This document shows, piece after piece, positions 14,066 through 22,964 of a stretch of DNA of 24,000 nt. Numbering within the stretch: the first letter of the stretch is position 1; each line of letters starts with the position of its first letter. The stretch spans positions 2,873 to 26,872 of the forward strand of contig CAYFJX010000002.1 in assembly GCA_964343705.1 (NCBI GenBank). The letters are read 5' to 3'. The DNA comes from an uncultured Methanosarcinales archaeon. GTDB lineage: Archaea; Nanobdellota; Nanobdellia; Woesearchaeales; UBA12501. Position numbers and translations under genes: made by a program. Under the pieces are notes generated by a model. It had not been told where the DNA came from and searched no databases. It saw only the letters and a program-made list of their open reading frames with translations.

Positions 14066-14509
14066 TTATTGTACTGGTTCTTCTTCAACAATTGGTTCTT
14101 CAGCAACTTCTGGCTTAGGTGGTGCCTCAGGTGCTGCTTCAGCAGGAGCTTCTCCTGTTTCAGCAGGAGCTGGTGCCGCTGGTTCTGCTGGTGCTTCTGC
14201 AGCTGGTGCTCCTTCGCCTGCTTTACCAACCACTTCGAGCTTACCAAACTTACCTGTGCTTAACTGTTTTTCACCTTGCCATTCACTAACCCATCCGTTT
14301 GAGATTTTGATTTTATCTCCAACATTAACTTGGTCAATTTGTTCGTTCCACAGTGAAAGTGTGATCTCGCCTGTTTCGTCTTTGCCTTTTGCATTGCAAA
14401 CACGACCGTCTTTTCCGAATTTGTTAAATGTTCGTATATCGCCCTTGTCAACAATATCAAGAGTCAATTCAACATTTCCTTGTTTTGGTTGTAAGTCAGC
14501 TACTGCCAT
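14066..14509 (-). CDS. ssb: single-OB-fold ssDNA-binding protein with acidic P/A/E-rich C-terminal tail
   Basis: The core is DETGEITLSLWNEQIDQVNVGDKIKISNGWVSEWQGEKQLSTGKFGKLEV. It resembles the crenarchaeal-type SSB layout, with one OB fold plus a flexible tail. SD GGAGGGAT and a TATA (CTTTATATAAAAG) lie upstream. Confidence 0.75.
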   Translation of the reverse strand: MAVADLQPKQGNVELTLDIVDKGDIRTFNKFGKDGRVCNAKGKDETGEITLSLWNEQIDQVNVGDKIKISNGWVSEWQGEKQLSTGKFGKLEVVGKAGEGAPAAEAPAEPAAPAPAETGEAPAEAAPEAPPKPEVAEEPIVEEEPVQ

Positions 14510-14592
14510 ATATAATCCCTCCGTTTGAGTATAATACTGTTTTTATTGTATGACCACCAAGAACTGACTTTTATATAAAGTTAACTGAAATG

Positions 14593-15558
14593 CTACTTCT
14601 TCTTCCGCATGTTCACTGCTTCAAAGACAGGCTCTATGAACTCTTCTTCCCAGCCAGCGTCAAGAAGCTTATCACGGATTTCTTCTTCTGTGTGGCCTGT
14701 CTTCATACCATTAAGAATATAGTCTTCAACTTCAGACGCGTAATAGGTTGCTTGTTTTTTCTCAAGCCGTTCTTCTTTGTGCTTTAGGTGAATCACTATA
14801 AAGACTAAGAAGAAAGTTACAAAGAACATGAGCCCAACTGAAGCCCAGAACTGCCAAGTACCATACCCTGGAATTCTGTACAGGCCGGTTTTAACAATGC
14901 AACAGTCCATCCCCAGACTAGGCATTTGCTTGTTAGTAGTACATTGTCTGATGACTGGACAATATCTGACTTGGAAAAGCCGGTTACATACTGGCTTACC
15001 CCCATCTTGTATAAATTCTGAAGGAAGATAGTAGAAATCTTTGCCTCCTGCGTTTTCTGTTAGTTTTTTACAGGATGGATTTTCAAGACTGGATTTAAAG
15101 GATTCATAGCTAACAAATTTGATAATAAAATCTTCACTTCCACTATTACTTGGATCATTGTTACAATAGCGACTAAAGCGTGATTCTTGAACTTCGACAA
15201 CACCTGCGTCTTTGAATATGTCAAATGATTTTACGTTATTATCGCCAAAGTCAATGAGTAAGCAAATCTCTGCTCCATTTCCTGCTTGTTTTGTTAGGGG
15301 AAAACTACTGGCATATGCACGTACTTGTGCAAGGAGGTCAGCAGGGACTTCTCCTACGCTTGCTGCTGGTGCTACCTCTGATTCTTCGTCACTAAACTCA
15401 TCAGATTCATCAAATTCTTCGTCTAAAACTTGGTTTCCTGTGATACCTGCAATGCCTGCAGGTTCGCCTGTTTCAAGGGTGAGTACACCAAGAAGTAAAA
15501 CAGTAATAATGAAACTATACCAGAATGTTCGCACTGCCTCTTTTTTCAGTCGTCCCAT
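14593..15558 (-). CDS. membrane-anchored cysteine-rich protein (hypothetical)
   Basis: 321 aa in four parts: an N-terminal signal/anchor, an acidic stretch, a Cys-containing ectodomain, and a C-terminal TM span. A cytosolic helical module follows (VEDYILNGMKTGHTEEEIRDKLLDAGWEEEFIEPVFEAV). Confidence 0.7.
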   Translation of the reverse strand: MGRLKKEAVRTFWYSFIITVLLLGVLTLETGEPAGIAGITGNQVLDEEFDESDEFSDEESEVAPAASVGEVPADLLAQVRAYASSFPLTKQAGNGAEICLLIDFGDNNVKSFDIFKDAGVVEVQESRFSRYCNNDPSNSGSEDFIIKFVSYESFKSSLENPSCKKLTENAGGKDFYYLPSEFIQDGGKPVCNRLFQVRYCPVIRQCTTNKQMPSLGMDCCIVKTGLYRIPGYGTWQFWASVGLMFFVTFFLVFIVIHLKHKEERLEKKQATYYASEVEDYILNGMKTGHTEEEIRDKLLDAGWEEEFIEPVFEAVNMRKKK

Positions 15559-15581
15559 GGTCCTCTAATGGATTCTAAGCA

Positions 15582-17126
15582 TTAAAGCTTATTAAATGTT
15601 GTTCTTCCTGAGAGTAAATCATCAAGTACACGAACTAACTCTTCAATTTTCACACGTTTTTGTTGAGCAGTATCACGATCACGAATAGTTGCCTCTCCAT
15701 CGTCTAAACTTTCAAAGTCTATAGTAACACAGTAGGGTGTACCAATCTCATCATTTCGTGCATAGCGCCGTCCAATACTTCCAGACTTGTCATACACACA
15801 TACAAAATGGTCTTTCACCAGGGCAAATACTTCACGTGCTTTATCTCTGAGCTTGTTTACTAGTGGAAGAACTGCAACTTTTACTGGTGCAAGTTTAGGA
15901 TGTAGTTTAAGCACAATGTTTCCTCGTTCTTTGTCATCGTTGTACGCGTCAAACAAGAAAACAAGCAGGGTTCGCTCTACTCCAAACGCTGGTTCTGAAA
16001 CAACGTGTGGCAGGACTTTTTTGTTAGTTTCTTCGTCATATAGTGTGAGGTCTGCTTTTGAATGAAGCATGTGTTGTTTGAGGTCAAAGTCCCCCCGGTT
16101 TGCAACTCCTTGCAGTTCTTTCCATCCAAACGGAAACTTGTATTCTAGATCCCACGTGTCAACTGCGTAATGACTTTTTTCATCTTTAAGATGTTGACGA
16201 ATACGAAAATTAGAAGGTTGTGCACCAAGACTGAGGTACCAATTAAATGATGAAGCAAGCCAGTACGCCTGCCAAGGATTAGTAAGTATTTTTTGATCCA
16301 TTGCTTCCTTAAGGGTCATTTCTTGATGTTCTTTTTTTTGTTCTTGCATGTCTGATGAAATAATCTGGATTTTTGTTCCAAGGACTTCATCAAGAAAAGG
16401 ACAGTCATTTCCTTTGTCTGGATGAATAAAGTATTCTAGTTCCATTTGTTCAAATTCACGACAGCGAAAAATAAAGTCTCGTGCACGTATTTCATTTCTG
16501 AATGACCTTCCCATTTGTGCAATACCAAAGGGCAGCTTTAATCGTGCGTGCTCTGTAACAAGTCTAAAATTAGTGAACATCATTTGTGCTGTTTCTGGTC
16601 TAAGATACGCTGTTGAACTGTCATTTTCTACTGGTCCAACTTGAGTTCTAAACATGAGGTTGAATTGTTTTCCTTCTGCATATCCTCCACCACACTTGCA
16701 GTTAATGTTGTTTTCTACAATCAGTTTGGTTACATCTTCTTTTGAAAGGCCGTCTGCTTGAATTTTCAGTTTGTCTTCAATAAGGTGGTCTCCTCGTACA
16801 CGTGCATTACACTTGCTGCATTCTACCATGACATCTTCAAAGCAGTCAACATGGCCTGATGCCTTCCATACTTTTGGATTGGTAATGATACTTGCGTCAA
16901 TACCTACAACGTCTTCTCGTGATTGTACAAAGTGGCGCCACCAATGTTGTTTCATGTTGTTTTTGAGTTCAGACCCAAGATGGCCAAAGTCAAAGAATCC
17001 TGCAAGTCCCCCATAGAGTTCTGCTGTGGGGTAGATAAAGCCTTTTGCTTTACAGAATGTAGCCATGCCTTCTATGTTAAGACCTATATTTCCTGTGTCC
17101 GCGTCCCCTGTTGTTTTTTCTGCCAT
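15582..17126 (-). CDS. glyS: glycyl-tRNA synthetase, alpha2 (archaeal/eukaryotic) type
   Basis: The 514-aa length fits. Motifs include AELYGGLAGFFDFGHLGSELKNN, RPETAQMMFTNF, and the class II motif-2-like GRSFRNEIRARDFIFRCREFEQMELEYF. A C-terminal anticodon-binding region is present. Confidence 0.95.
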   Translation of the reverse strand: MAEKTTGDADTGNIGLNIEGMATFCKAKGFIYPTAELYGGLAGFFDFGHLGSELKNNMKQHWWRHFVQSREDVVGIDASIITNPKVWKASGHVDCFEDVMVECSKCNARVRGDHLIEDKLKIQADGLSKEDVTKLIVENNINCKCGGGYAEGKQFNLMFRTQVGPVENDSSTAYLRPETAQMMFTNFRLVTEHARLKLPFGIAQMGRSFRNEIRARDFIFRCREFEQMELEYFIHPDKGNDCPFLDEVLGTKIQIISSDMQEQKKEHQEMTLKEAMDQKILTNPWQAYWLASSFNWYLSLGAQPSNFRIRQHLKDEKSHYAVDTWDLEYKFPFGWKELQGVANRGDFDLKQHMLHSKADLTLYDEETNKKVLPHVVSEPAFGVERTLLVFLFDAYNDDKERGNIVLKLHPKLAPVKVAVLPLVNKLRDKAREVFALVKDHFVCVYDKSGSIGRRYARNDEIGTPYCVTIDFESLDDGEATIRDRDTAQQKRVKIEELVRVLDDLLSGRTTFNKL

Positions 17127-17156
17127 AACGCCTCAATACAGAAATACAAGCCATTA

Positions 17157-17168
17157 TTTATATATTTA
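17157..17168. promoter_or_regulatory. near-palindromic TATA element (glyS promoter; could also fire toward element C)
   Basis: TTATTTATATATT lies ~35 nt upstream of the glyS ATG on the minus strand and ~40 nt upstream of element C on the plus strand. Confidence 0.3.
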
Positions 17169-17203
17169 GCGGCAGATAAGGGCATCTCCTACGTCTTTCT
17201 GAG

Positions 17204-17312
17204 GAATAGTGCCGCCTTGGAGTTTATCAGCCGAGACCCTGATTTATGCAAGGGTCTCGGCGTCAGTTACTGCCCGCTGGATGCGGGCAGCCCTAGCTCC
17301 GCTGCACTATTC
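17204..17312 (+). ncRNA. candidate structured RNA element C (same architecture as element A)
   Basis: A 9-bp closing helix (GAATAGTGC/GCACTATTC) is extended by GC/GC. A CTT bulge and a GGAG/CTCC helix follow. Hairpins are CCGAGACCCT-GATTTATGCA-AGGGTCTCGG and CTGCCCGC-TGGAT-GCGGGCAG. The 13-mer CCTTGGAGTTTAT (17215-17227) is identical to 11395-11407. Confidence 0.4.
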
Positions 17313-17348
17313 ATCCTGCACAAAAAAAGACTTAAAATGAAAAGAAAT

Positions 17349-18587
17349 TCAATGACTTCTCAACCAGGTAACTTCATCAGGATCCAGTTCTAGCTGGGCT
17401 GCAAGACCCTCTGCCATCACTGCCCCAGATCTGTTACGAAACACATTGTGTAAATAAGGTAACGTGTCTTTGATTGCTCGCTTGGTTGAAGTGTGTGTTA
17501 CTGCAGCAATTTTTTCAGCAATACTTTTTCGCTTTGCATACTTCATATTTGCCTGCCAGATTCGCAGCAATCGCATAGTTCGACGGTACTCTACCTGGTT
17601 TGGATTCTTAGTGTCTTTTGAAACTGCGACCCCTGCACTCAAGTAGGCATTGACATACACAAGGAAACGCCAGTATTGCCACCTCATAATACGTTTTTGC
17701 ATGATGTCAGCTTTGGACACATAATCATACGCTCGTGCTAAATCTGCAGGGTTTGTATACTCGCTAGGAAGGTTTTCATCAATCCACAGCATGATCTCTT
17801 TGAGGTCTTCATTGACATTGTCAAACGCGTGGACTGCAATGTCTACCTTGTTTGTTTTGAAAACACGTAAAAGCCCGTTGTTAAGCGGTTCTACTCTCTG
17901 TCGTTCTGAAAGATCATCAAGAGCTTCCTTGGTAAGCTTCTTTGTTTCAATGGTAAGTGATTGTAAATCATTGAGAGCACCTCGAACATCCCCCCCTGCC
18001 ATTCGTGCAAGTGTATTGAGTGCCATTTGATCAAAGCCAATGTTTTCAGCAGTACAAACACGTGTAAGAAGGTCAGCGATTGCTGTGTGACTTACTTCTT
18101 CAAAGCCCACTTGTGTACTTGCTTTTCGTAATGCTTTGAGTTTGTCAGAGCTTGGATCACCAGCTGTGCATATAACTGGAAATGATGAATCTGCAATGAG
18201 TTTGAGTAATTCAACAACACCCCCTCTGTCTTTCCTTCCTGAAAGTCCATCAACTTCATCGACCAGTATAAGTTTTCCCTTTGAGAACAAGGACATTTGT
18301 TTCATTGCTCCTCCAAGAATACTGTTGATACCATCTTTGTTTCGAAAGTCACTTGCGTTCATTTCTACTAGTTCAAGATCTGTTTGGTTGGCAATTGCGT
18401 GAACAGCGCTTGTTTTTCCACAACCAGGAGGACCATGAAGGAGAATACACTTGCCTTTTTTACTAGAAGAGCTACTGCTATAATTATTTATGAATTGTAT
18501 AAGTTGTGCAATTCCACTTTCTTGTCCAACTACATCTTCTGGTTTTTTGGGACAGTACTTTTTGATAAAGGGTGTTGAGTCACTCAT
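17349..18587 (-). CDS. rfcL: replication factor C large subunit
   Basis: Archaeal RFC-L layout with KYCPKKPEDVVGQ, Walker A LHGPPGCGKTS, ELVEMNASDFR, and Walker B LILVDEVDGL. The track start at 18599 is TTG, so the ATG at 18587 (MSDSTPF) is preferred. Confidence 0.9.
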   Translation of the reverse strand: MSDSTPFIKKYCPKKPEDVVGQESGIAQLIQFINNYSSSSSSKKGKCILLHGPPGCGKTSAVHAIANQTDLELVEMNASDFRNKDGINSILGGAMKQMSLFSKGKLILVDEVDGLSGRKDRGGVVELLKLIADSSFPVICTAGDPSSDKLKALRKASTQVGFEEVSHTAIADLLTRVCTAENIGFDQMALNTLARMAGGDVRGALNDLQSLTIETKKLTKEALDDLSERQRVEPLNNGLLRVFKTNKVDIAVHAFDNVNEDLKEIMLWIDENLPSEYTNPADLARAYDYVSKADIMQKRIMRWQYWRFLVYVNAYLSAGVAVSKDTKNPNQVEYRRTMRLLRIWQANMKYAKRKSIAEKIAAVTHTSTKRAIKDTLPYLHNVFRNRSGAVMAEGLAAQLELDPDEVTWLRSH

Positions 18588-18700
18588 ACAACCAACCAAG
18601 AGAGGGGTATTAATATTGTTTGTGTTGATGAAGTTAATAATTGGAGAAAACTTTAAATAACGCTGTACACTAATCCCTATAGAAGAACGGAGGTGTTCTG

Positions 18701-18946
18701 ATGAAAAGTGAAGTTCCTAATTCAACAATAGCTGTATTACTTGTTCTTACCATCCTTGTGTCAGTTGTTGGCACGTGGACAGTACTTGAGAAAACAAAAG
18801 ACATGCAGATTACTGATGGCCCAATTGCTGGTGCTGCAGTTGAGGGAGCAACTGGCTCAGCCATTACAGGCAATATTGTTGTTGATACAGACGAAAATCA
18901 AGAAGGAGATGGTTCTGAGTCTGAAATTGAATATGAGGGTGAGTAA
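18701..18946 (+). CDS. small single-pass membrane protein with acidic tail (hypothetical)
   Basis: 81 aa. SD GGAGGTG lies 6 nt upstream. It has an N-terminal TM span (TIAVLLVLTILVSVVGTWTVL) and an acidic C-terminus (DTDENQEGDGSESEIEYEGE). It ends 5 nt before the protease gene. Confidence 0.6.
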   Translation: MKSEVPNSTIAVLLVLTILVSVVGTWTVLEKTKDMQITDGPIAGAAVEGATGSAITGNIVVDTDENQEGDGSESEIEYEGE

Positions 18947-18951
18947 CGCTC

Positions 18952-19506
18952 ATGTTTTCCCTGCGAGAATTAATTGATCTGATTGTGATGACCCTTGCAT
19001 TAGGGTATATTTTTAGAGACACGTTTAAACCAGCGTACAGCCATGTCAGGTTCAACCTCCAGCAGTTTAGCTGGCATGATGTTGGCTATGCTGCACTGAT
19101 TACTGCTCCAGGTATTATTCTCCACGAGCTTGGCCATAAAATTGTGGGTCTTATTTTTGGATTGCAACCAGTATTTCATGCTGCGTATGGATGGTTAACA
19201 CTTGGTGTTGTTTTAAAGATGTTAAACTTTGGTTTTATCTTTTTTGTACCAGGGTATGTTTCCCATATTGGAGCAGCAACAGTCTTCCAAAGCACTGCAA
19301 TTGCATTTGCAGGACCAGGAATCAATCTTGTTTTGTGGTTTGTGGCAAAACAATTGTTCAAGCACAAAGTTGGCAAGGAAAAATGGCACAATGTCTGGAT
19401 TCTAACTGCAAAGATTAACATGTTCCTGTTTATATTTAACATGCTGCCAATCCCACCCTTTGACGGGTTTAAAGTGTGGACTGGCTTGTTTGAAATGATT
19501 TTCTGA
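18952..19506 (+). CDS. M50-family (site-2 protease-like) intramembrane zinc metalloprotease
   Basis: HELGH (HExxH) sits in a TM segment, and NMLPIPPFDG matches the NxxPxxxxDG motif. A compact 184-aa form. Confidence 0.85.
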   Translation: MFSLRELIDLIVMTLALGYIFRDTFKPAYSHVRFNLQQFSWHDVGYAALITAPGIILHELGHKIVGLIFGLQPVFHAAYGWLTLGVVLKMLNFGFIFFVPGYVSHIGAATVFQSTAIAFAGPGINLVLWFVAKQLFKHKVGKEKWHNVWILTAKINMFLFIFNMLPIPPFDGFKVWTGLFEMIF

Positions 19507-19556
19507 AAGTAAAAAAGGAGAAAGAAGAAAAAGAAAAAAAAGTTAGTTCTACAACC

Positions 19557-19805
19557 TTACAATAAATGATTGTACAACCACGCAATTAGTGCTCCACCAA
19601 TGGTTCCTTCTACAAACCCATGCACCCCACCGATAATGCTTCCAGTAAAGGTTGGTGCAAAGCCAAGGTACACTGTTCCGAGTGCTTCTACAAAGTTAGC
19701 ACCAAAACCGCGCATGGCAACAATACCCATCAAAAGAACACTTGCTCCCCAAAGAATACCTATTGTTAATGCCATTGCCTTAACATTCAATTCACTGTGT
19801 TTCAT
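19557..19805 (-). CDS. small glycine-rich membrane protein (hypothetical)
   Basis: 82 aa with two or three hydrophobic, Gly-zipper-like spans. A T-rich run follows the stop on the minus strand. Confidence 0.55.
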   Translation of the reverse strand: MKHSELNVKAMALTIGILWGASVLLMGIVAMRGFGANFVEALGTVYLGFAPTFTGSIIGGVHGFVEGTIGGALIAWLYNHLL

Positions 19806-19908
19806 ATGATCACCTGTTTTGCAGGATCCTACTCGCCTGCCCTATTCTACATATTATGCCTCTTCCAGTATATAAAAATTTTTATATCTCACATCACGTT
19901 ACCTGTTA

Positions 19909-21636
19909 ATGCACCACGAAAATAACCCATCCCATGATAACACCCCCCAGGACACGCACACATGTAAACAACCAAAGTTTATTGTTGTTACAGGTGGCGT
20001 TCTCTCAGGCCTTGGAAAGGGTATTGCAGCTGCAAGCATTGGCAACCTACTTTCTCATGATCTCAAAATTATCCCGATTAAGTGTGATGGGTATTTGAAT
20101 GTTGATCCTGGCACTATGAATCCTGTTGAGCATGGTGAAGTGTTTGTGCTTGATGATGGCACTGAGGTTGACATGGACTTTGGCCATTATGAACGATTTC
20201 TCAATGTTACATGCAAGGGCAAGTGGAATCTTACCATGGGAAAAGTATTTGCCAAGATTCGTGAAAAAGAACGACGCGGAGATTACCTTGGAAAAACAGT
20301 GCAGTTCATTCCTCACGTGACTGACCTTATTAGAAATCACTTTCTTGAAATTGCAGAAGAAGAACAAGCAGATATGGTACTTATTGAAGTTGGGGGTACG
20401 GTGGGTGATATGGAAAATGAGTTTTTTATTGAAGGAGTACGCCAGCTCAAAAACAAAGTAGGCAGAGAGAATGTTATGTATATTCACTTAACCTATGTTC
20501 CAAAGCCTGCAGGGGTGAAAGAACAAAAGTCAAAACCAACACAGCAAAGTGTTGGTTTGCTGCGACAAAAAGGTATTCAGCCAGATCTTATTATTGGACG
20601 TTGTGAGGAAATGCTTACCCAGAAGATAAAAGAGAAGATTGCTACGTTTTGTGATGTGGAACCTGCAGCAGTTATCACAGGGATTGATGTTGACAATATT
20701 TACCAGATCCCTGCAACATTTGAGCGACAAGGAATAATGGATATTATCAACAAGAAATTACATTTGAACATTCAGCCACAAAATGAAAAGTGGAACAAGC
20801 TTGCCTCAAACATGCATCCTGTTGGAAAAGAGATTACCATTGCAATTTGTGGTAAGTACACTGCACTTGAAGATTCATACGCAAGTATTCTTGAAGCATT
20901 AAATCACTGTAGTGCCCACTGTAATCATACAATCAACGTGCGTTGGATTGAAACAAGTGAAACAACTGATTATGCAGAGGCACTGCAAGGTGTTCATGGT
21001 ATTATTGTTCCCGGTGGGTTTGGCGGGCGAGGTGTTGAAGGAAAGATTGCAACCATTAAGTATTGCAGAGAAAACAACATTCCTTTCCTTGGTATTTGTT
21101 ATGGACTGCAAACTGCAGTTGTTGAATTTGCACGAAACGTGTGTGGATTACCAGAAGCTCACACCACAGAAACTGATGAAAACACCAAAGATCCAGTAGT
21201 GTATATTCTTCCTGAAAAAGAAGGTCTTGCAAACATGGGAGGAACCTTACGTCTTGGAGCATGCAGTGCAACTCTGATCAAGGGAAGTCTTATGAGTGAC
21301 TTGTATGAAGGACTTGTTGCAAGCGAGCGACACAGGCACCGTTATGAAGTCAATCCAGAGTACCATAACATACTTAGTGAAAATGGGTTGGTACTCAGTG
21401 GCATGAGTCCAGATAGGAAACTGGTTGAGTTTATTGAGTTACCACAACACATTCACCCATATTTTGTTGCGTGCCAGGGACACGTAGAACTTAAGAGTAC
21501 ACTTACCAAGCCAGCACCATTATTTTTGGGATTGGTTAAGGCAGGGATTAAGATGAAAGATGGTATTGTTGAAGCGCCGCAACAGGTGGAGCAACAAACA
21601 ATACCCACCCCAAGCATACAAGAGGTACAACAATGA
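19909..21636 (+). CDS. pyrG: CTP synthase
   Basis: FIVVTGGVLSGLGKG forms the P-loop. The GATase domain has PFLGICYGLQ plus a later catalytic H/E region. A ~20-aa N-terminal extension is present. The TATA TTTTTATATC is centred ~26 nt upstream of the ATG. Confidence 0.95.
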   Translation: MHHENNPSHDNTPQDTHTCKQPKFIVVTGGVLSGLGKGIAAASIGNLLSHDLKIIPIKCDGYLNVDPGTMNPVEHGEVFVLDDGTEVDMDFGHYERFLNVTCKGKWNLTMGKVFAKIREKERRGDYLGKTVQFIPHVTDLIRNHFLEIAEEEQADMVLIEVGGTVGDMENEFFIEGVRQLKNKVGRENVMYIHLTYVPKPAGVKEQKSKPTQQSVGLLRQKGIQPDLIIGRCEEMLTQKIKEKIATFCDVEPAAVITGIDVDNIYQIPATFERQGIMDIINKKLHLNIQPQNEKWNKLASNMHPVGKEITIAICGKYTALEDSYASILEALNHCSAHCNHTINVRWIETSETTDYAEALQGVHGIIVPGGFGGRGVEGKIATIKYCRENNIPFLGICYGLQTAVVEFARNVCGLPEAHTTETDENTKDPVVYILPEKEGLANMGGTLRLGACSATLIKGSLMSDLYEGLVASERHRHRYEVNPEYHNILSENGLVLSGMSPDRKLVEFIELPQHIHPYFVACQGHVELKSTLTKPAPLFLGLVKAGIKMKDGIVEAPQQVEQQTIPTPSIQEVQQ

Positions 21637-22067
21637 CCTGCTGTAACATATTTGACGCTGAGGTTTTTGATGAAGAAAACAATCTGCTTAAAGAGTACAC
21701 GCACTGGAAACTGCTTATTCGCAATAGAAATCAAACTCTTGGAAACTGTGTGGCAATCACCAAGCGGCACATGGAATCTTTCTCTGAAATCACCCCTGAA
21801 GAAATGCAGGATTTTCAAAATGTGGTAAAAGATGTGGAAAAAGCTTTGAAAGCAGCGTTTGGATATGATAAAATAAATTACATGATGCTTATGATGAATG
21901 ACAAGCACACACACTTTCATATTGTTCCACGGTATGCTGAAGTAAAAGTGTTTGCTGGCATGACTTGGACTGACGAGGGCTGGCCTAAAATGCCAGGTCC
22001 TGGGAAAGAAGCACTATCCCAAGATATGCTCAATGCAGTGAAAGAAGAAGTGCTAAAGCATTTGTGA
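21633..22067 (+). CDS. HIT-family (histidine triad) protein
   Basis: Contains the HTHFHIVPRY histidine triad. Its start overlaps the pyrG stop (ATGA), suggesting translational coupling. Confidence 0.8.
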   Translation: MTCCNIFDAEVFDEENNLLKEYTHWKLLIRNRNQTLGNCVAITKRHMESFSEITPEEMQDFQNVVKDVEKALKAAFGYDKINYMMLMMNDKHTHFHIVPRYAEVKVFAGMTWTDEGWPKMPGPGKEALSQDMLNAVKEEVLKHL

Positions 22068-22079
22068 TTGTCACAGTAA

Positions 22080-22964
22080 TCACGCAGGGCTCATTCTCTT
22101 TTTTCTCAAGTAGTAACCAGATACAATAATACACAATCCTCCTATGATCATATTCCAGGTGAGTACTTCGTTAAAAAATAAAAAGCCATAGAAAATTGCC
22201 ACTACCACTTCAAAATAAGCCATCAACGCGTACTCAACAACTTTAATACGACGTAGTGCATAGAAAAAAAGCAGCCATGCACCAATACCTATCACCAGGC
22301 CGTATACACTTCCCACTCCCGCTTGAAACAGTGTTGGGAATGGCTTGTTGATAAAAATAAAAGGCAGGAACACAAATGCAGCAACCAAGTTCTGGTGAAA
22401 GATCATTTCAGTTTTGGTGTAGCCTTTAATTTCTTTTTTGAAAAGCACCATCATCAAAGCAGTTAGAATAGCAGAGCCAAGCATGGCAGTCATGCCAATA
22501 ATATCATGGTTAGCAAGACTTAATGATCGGTGAGAGTACATCATAACAATACCAACAAAGGCAATGCCTAGTAAAAGAAAATCAACTCTTCCCACCTTTT
22601 CCTTCAGAAACAACATGCCAAATACTGCTGCAAATATTGGCCAGGTGTACAGAATGATATATCCATTTCCAAGAGTAGTATAGAGGAATGTCAAGTAATA
22701 CAAAAATATACGAGGAGCATTAATGACTGATGCCCAAAACAAGTTTTTGTATCCTTTTTTGAAGAAGGTTGTTTTTTTGTATGATAAGTAACAAAAGAGG
22801 ACAAGAACAGGTATTGCAACTCGAAAAAAGGTAATGCTTGTTGCAGGAAGACCAATAAGTTTGGCAAAGACACCGTTTGACGCCCCGAGCGTGACGCCCA
22901 GGATCATTGCAAGAAAAGGGTTGAGGTTCATGGTGTAACACATCCCACAATTATGAGAGTTCAT
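22080..22964 (-). CDS. EamA/DMT-family transporter
   Basis: About 10 TM spans with a two-fold EamA-like repeat. The start is uncertain: ATG at 22964 (overlaps the upstream gene by 14 nt) or ATG at 22931 (MNLNPFLAMILG). Confidence 0.8.
   Translation of the reverse strand: MNSHNCGMCYTMNLNPFLAMILGVTLGASNGVFAKLIGLPATSITFFRVAIPVLVLFCYLSYKKTTFFKKGYKNLFWASVINAPRIFLYYLTFLYTTLGNGYIILYTWPIFAAVFGMLFLKEKVGRVDFLLLGIAFVGIVMMYSHRSLSLANHDIIGMTAMLGSAILTALMMVLFKKEIKGYTKTEMIFHQNLVAAFVFLPFIFINKPFPTLFQAGVGSVYGLVIGIGAWLLFFYALRRIKVVEYALMAYFEVVVAIFYGFLFFNEVLTWNMIIGGLCIIVSGYYLRKKRMSPA

Noticed and set aside
13693-14247. 184-aa ORF on the minus strand
   Set aside because: It runs across tRNA-Phe and the tRNA promoter, and reads the GC-rich P/A/E tail of ssb in another frame, giving a low-complexity Q/K/L/H product. 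It has no start signals.
17204-17312. Element C as a cis-regulatory leader of glyS (T-box or riboswitch-like)
   Set aside because: It lies upstream of the glyS TATA box, so it would not be in the glyS transcript. T-box leaders are bacterial, and the conserved motif orientation matches plus-strand element A, antisense to glyS.
16923-17393. 156-aa ORF on the plus strand
   Set aside because: It is antisense to the glyS 5' end and the rfcL 3' end and spans element C and the glyS promoter. It has no coding-like composition.
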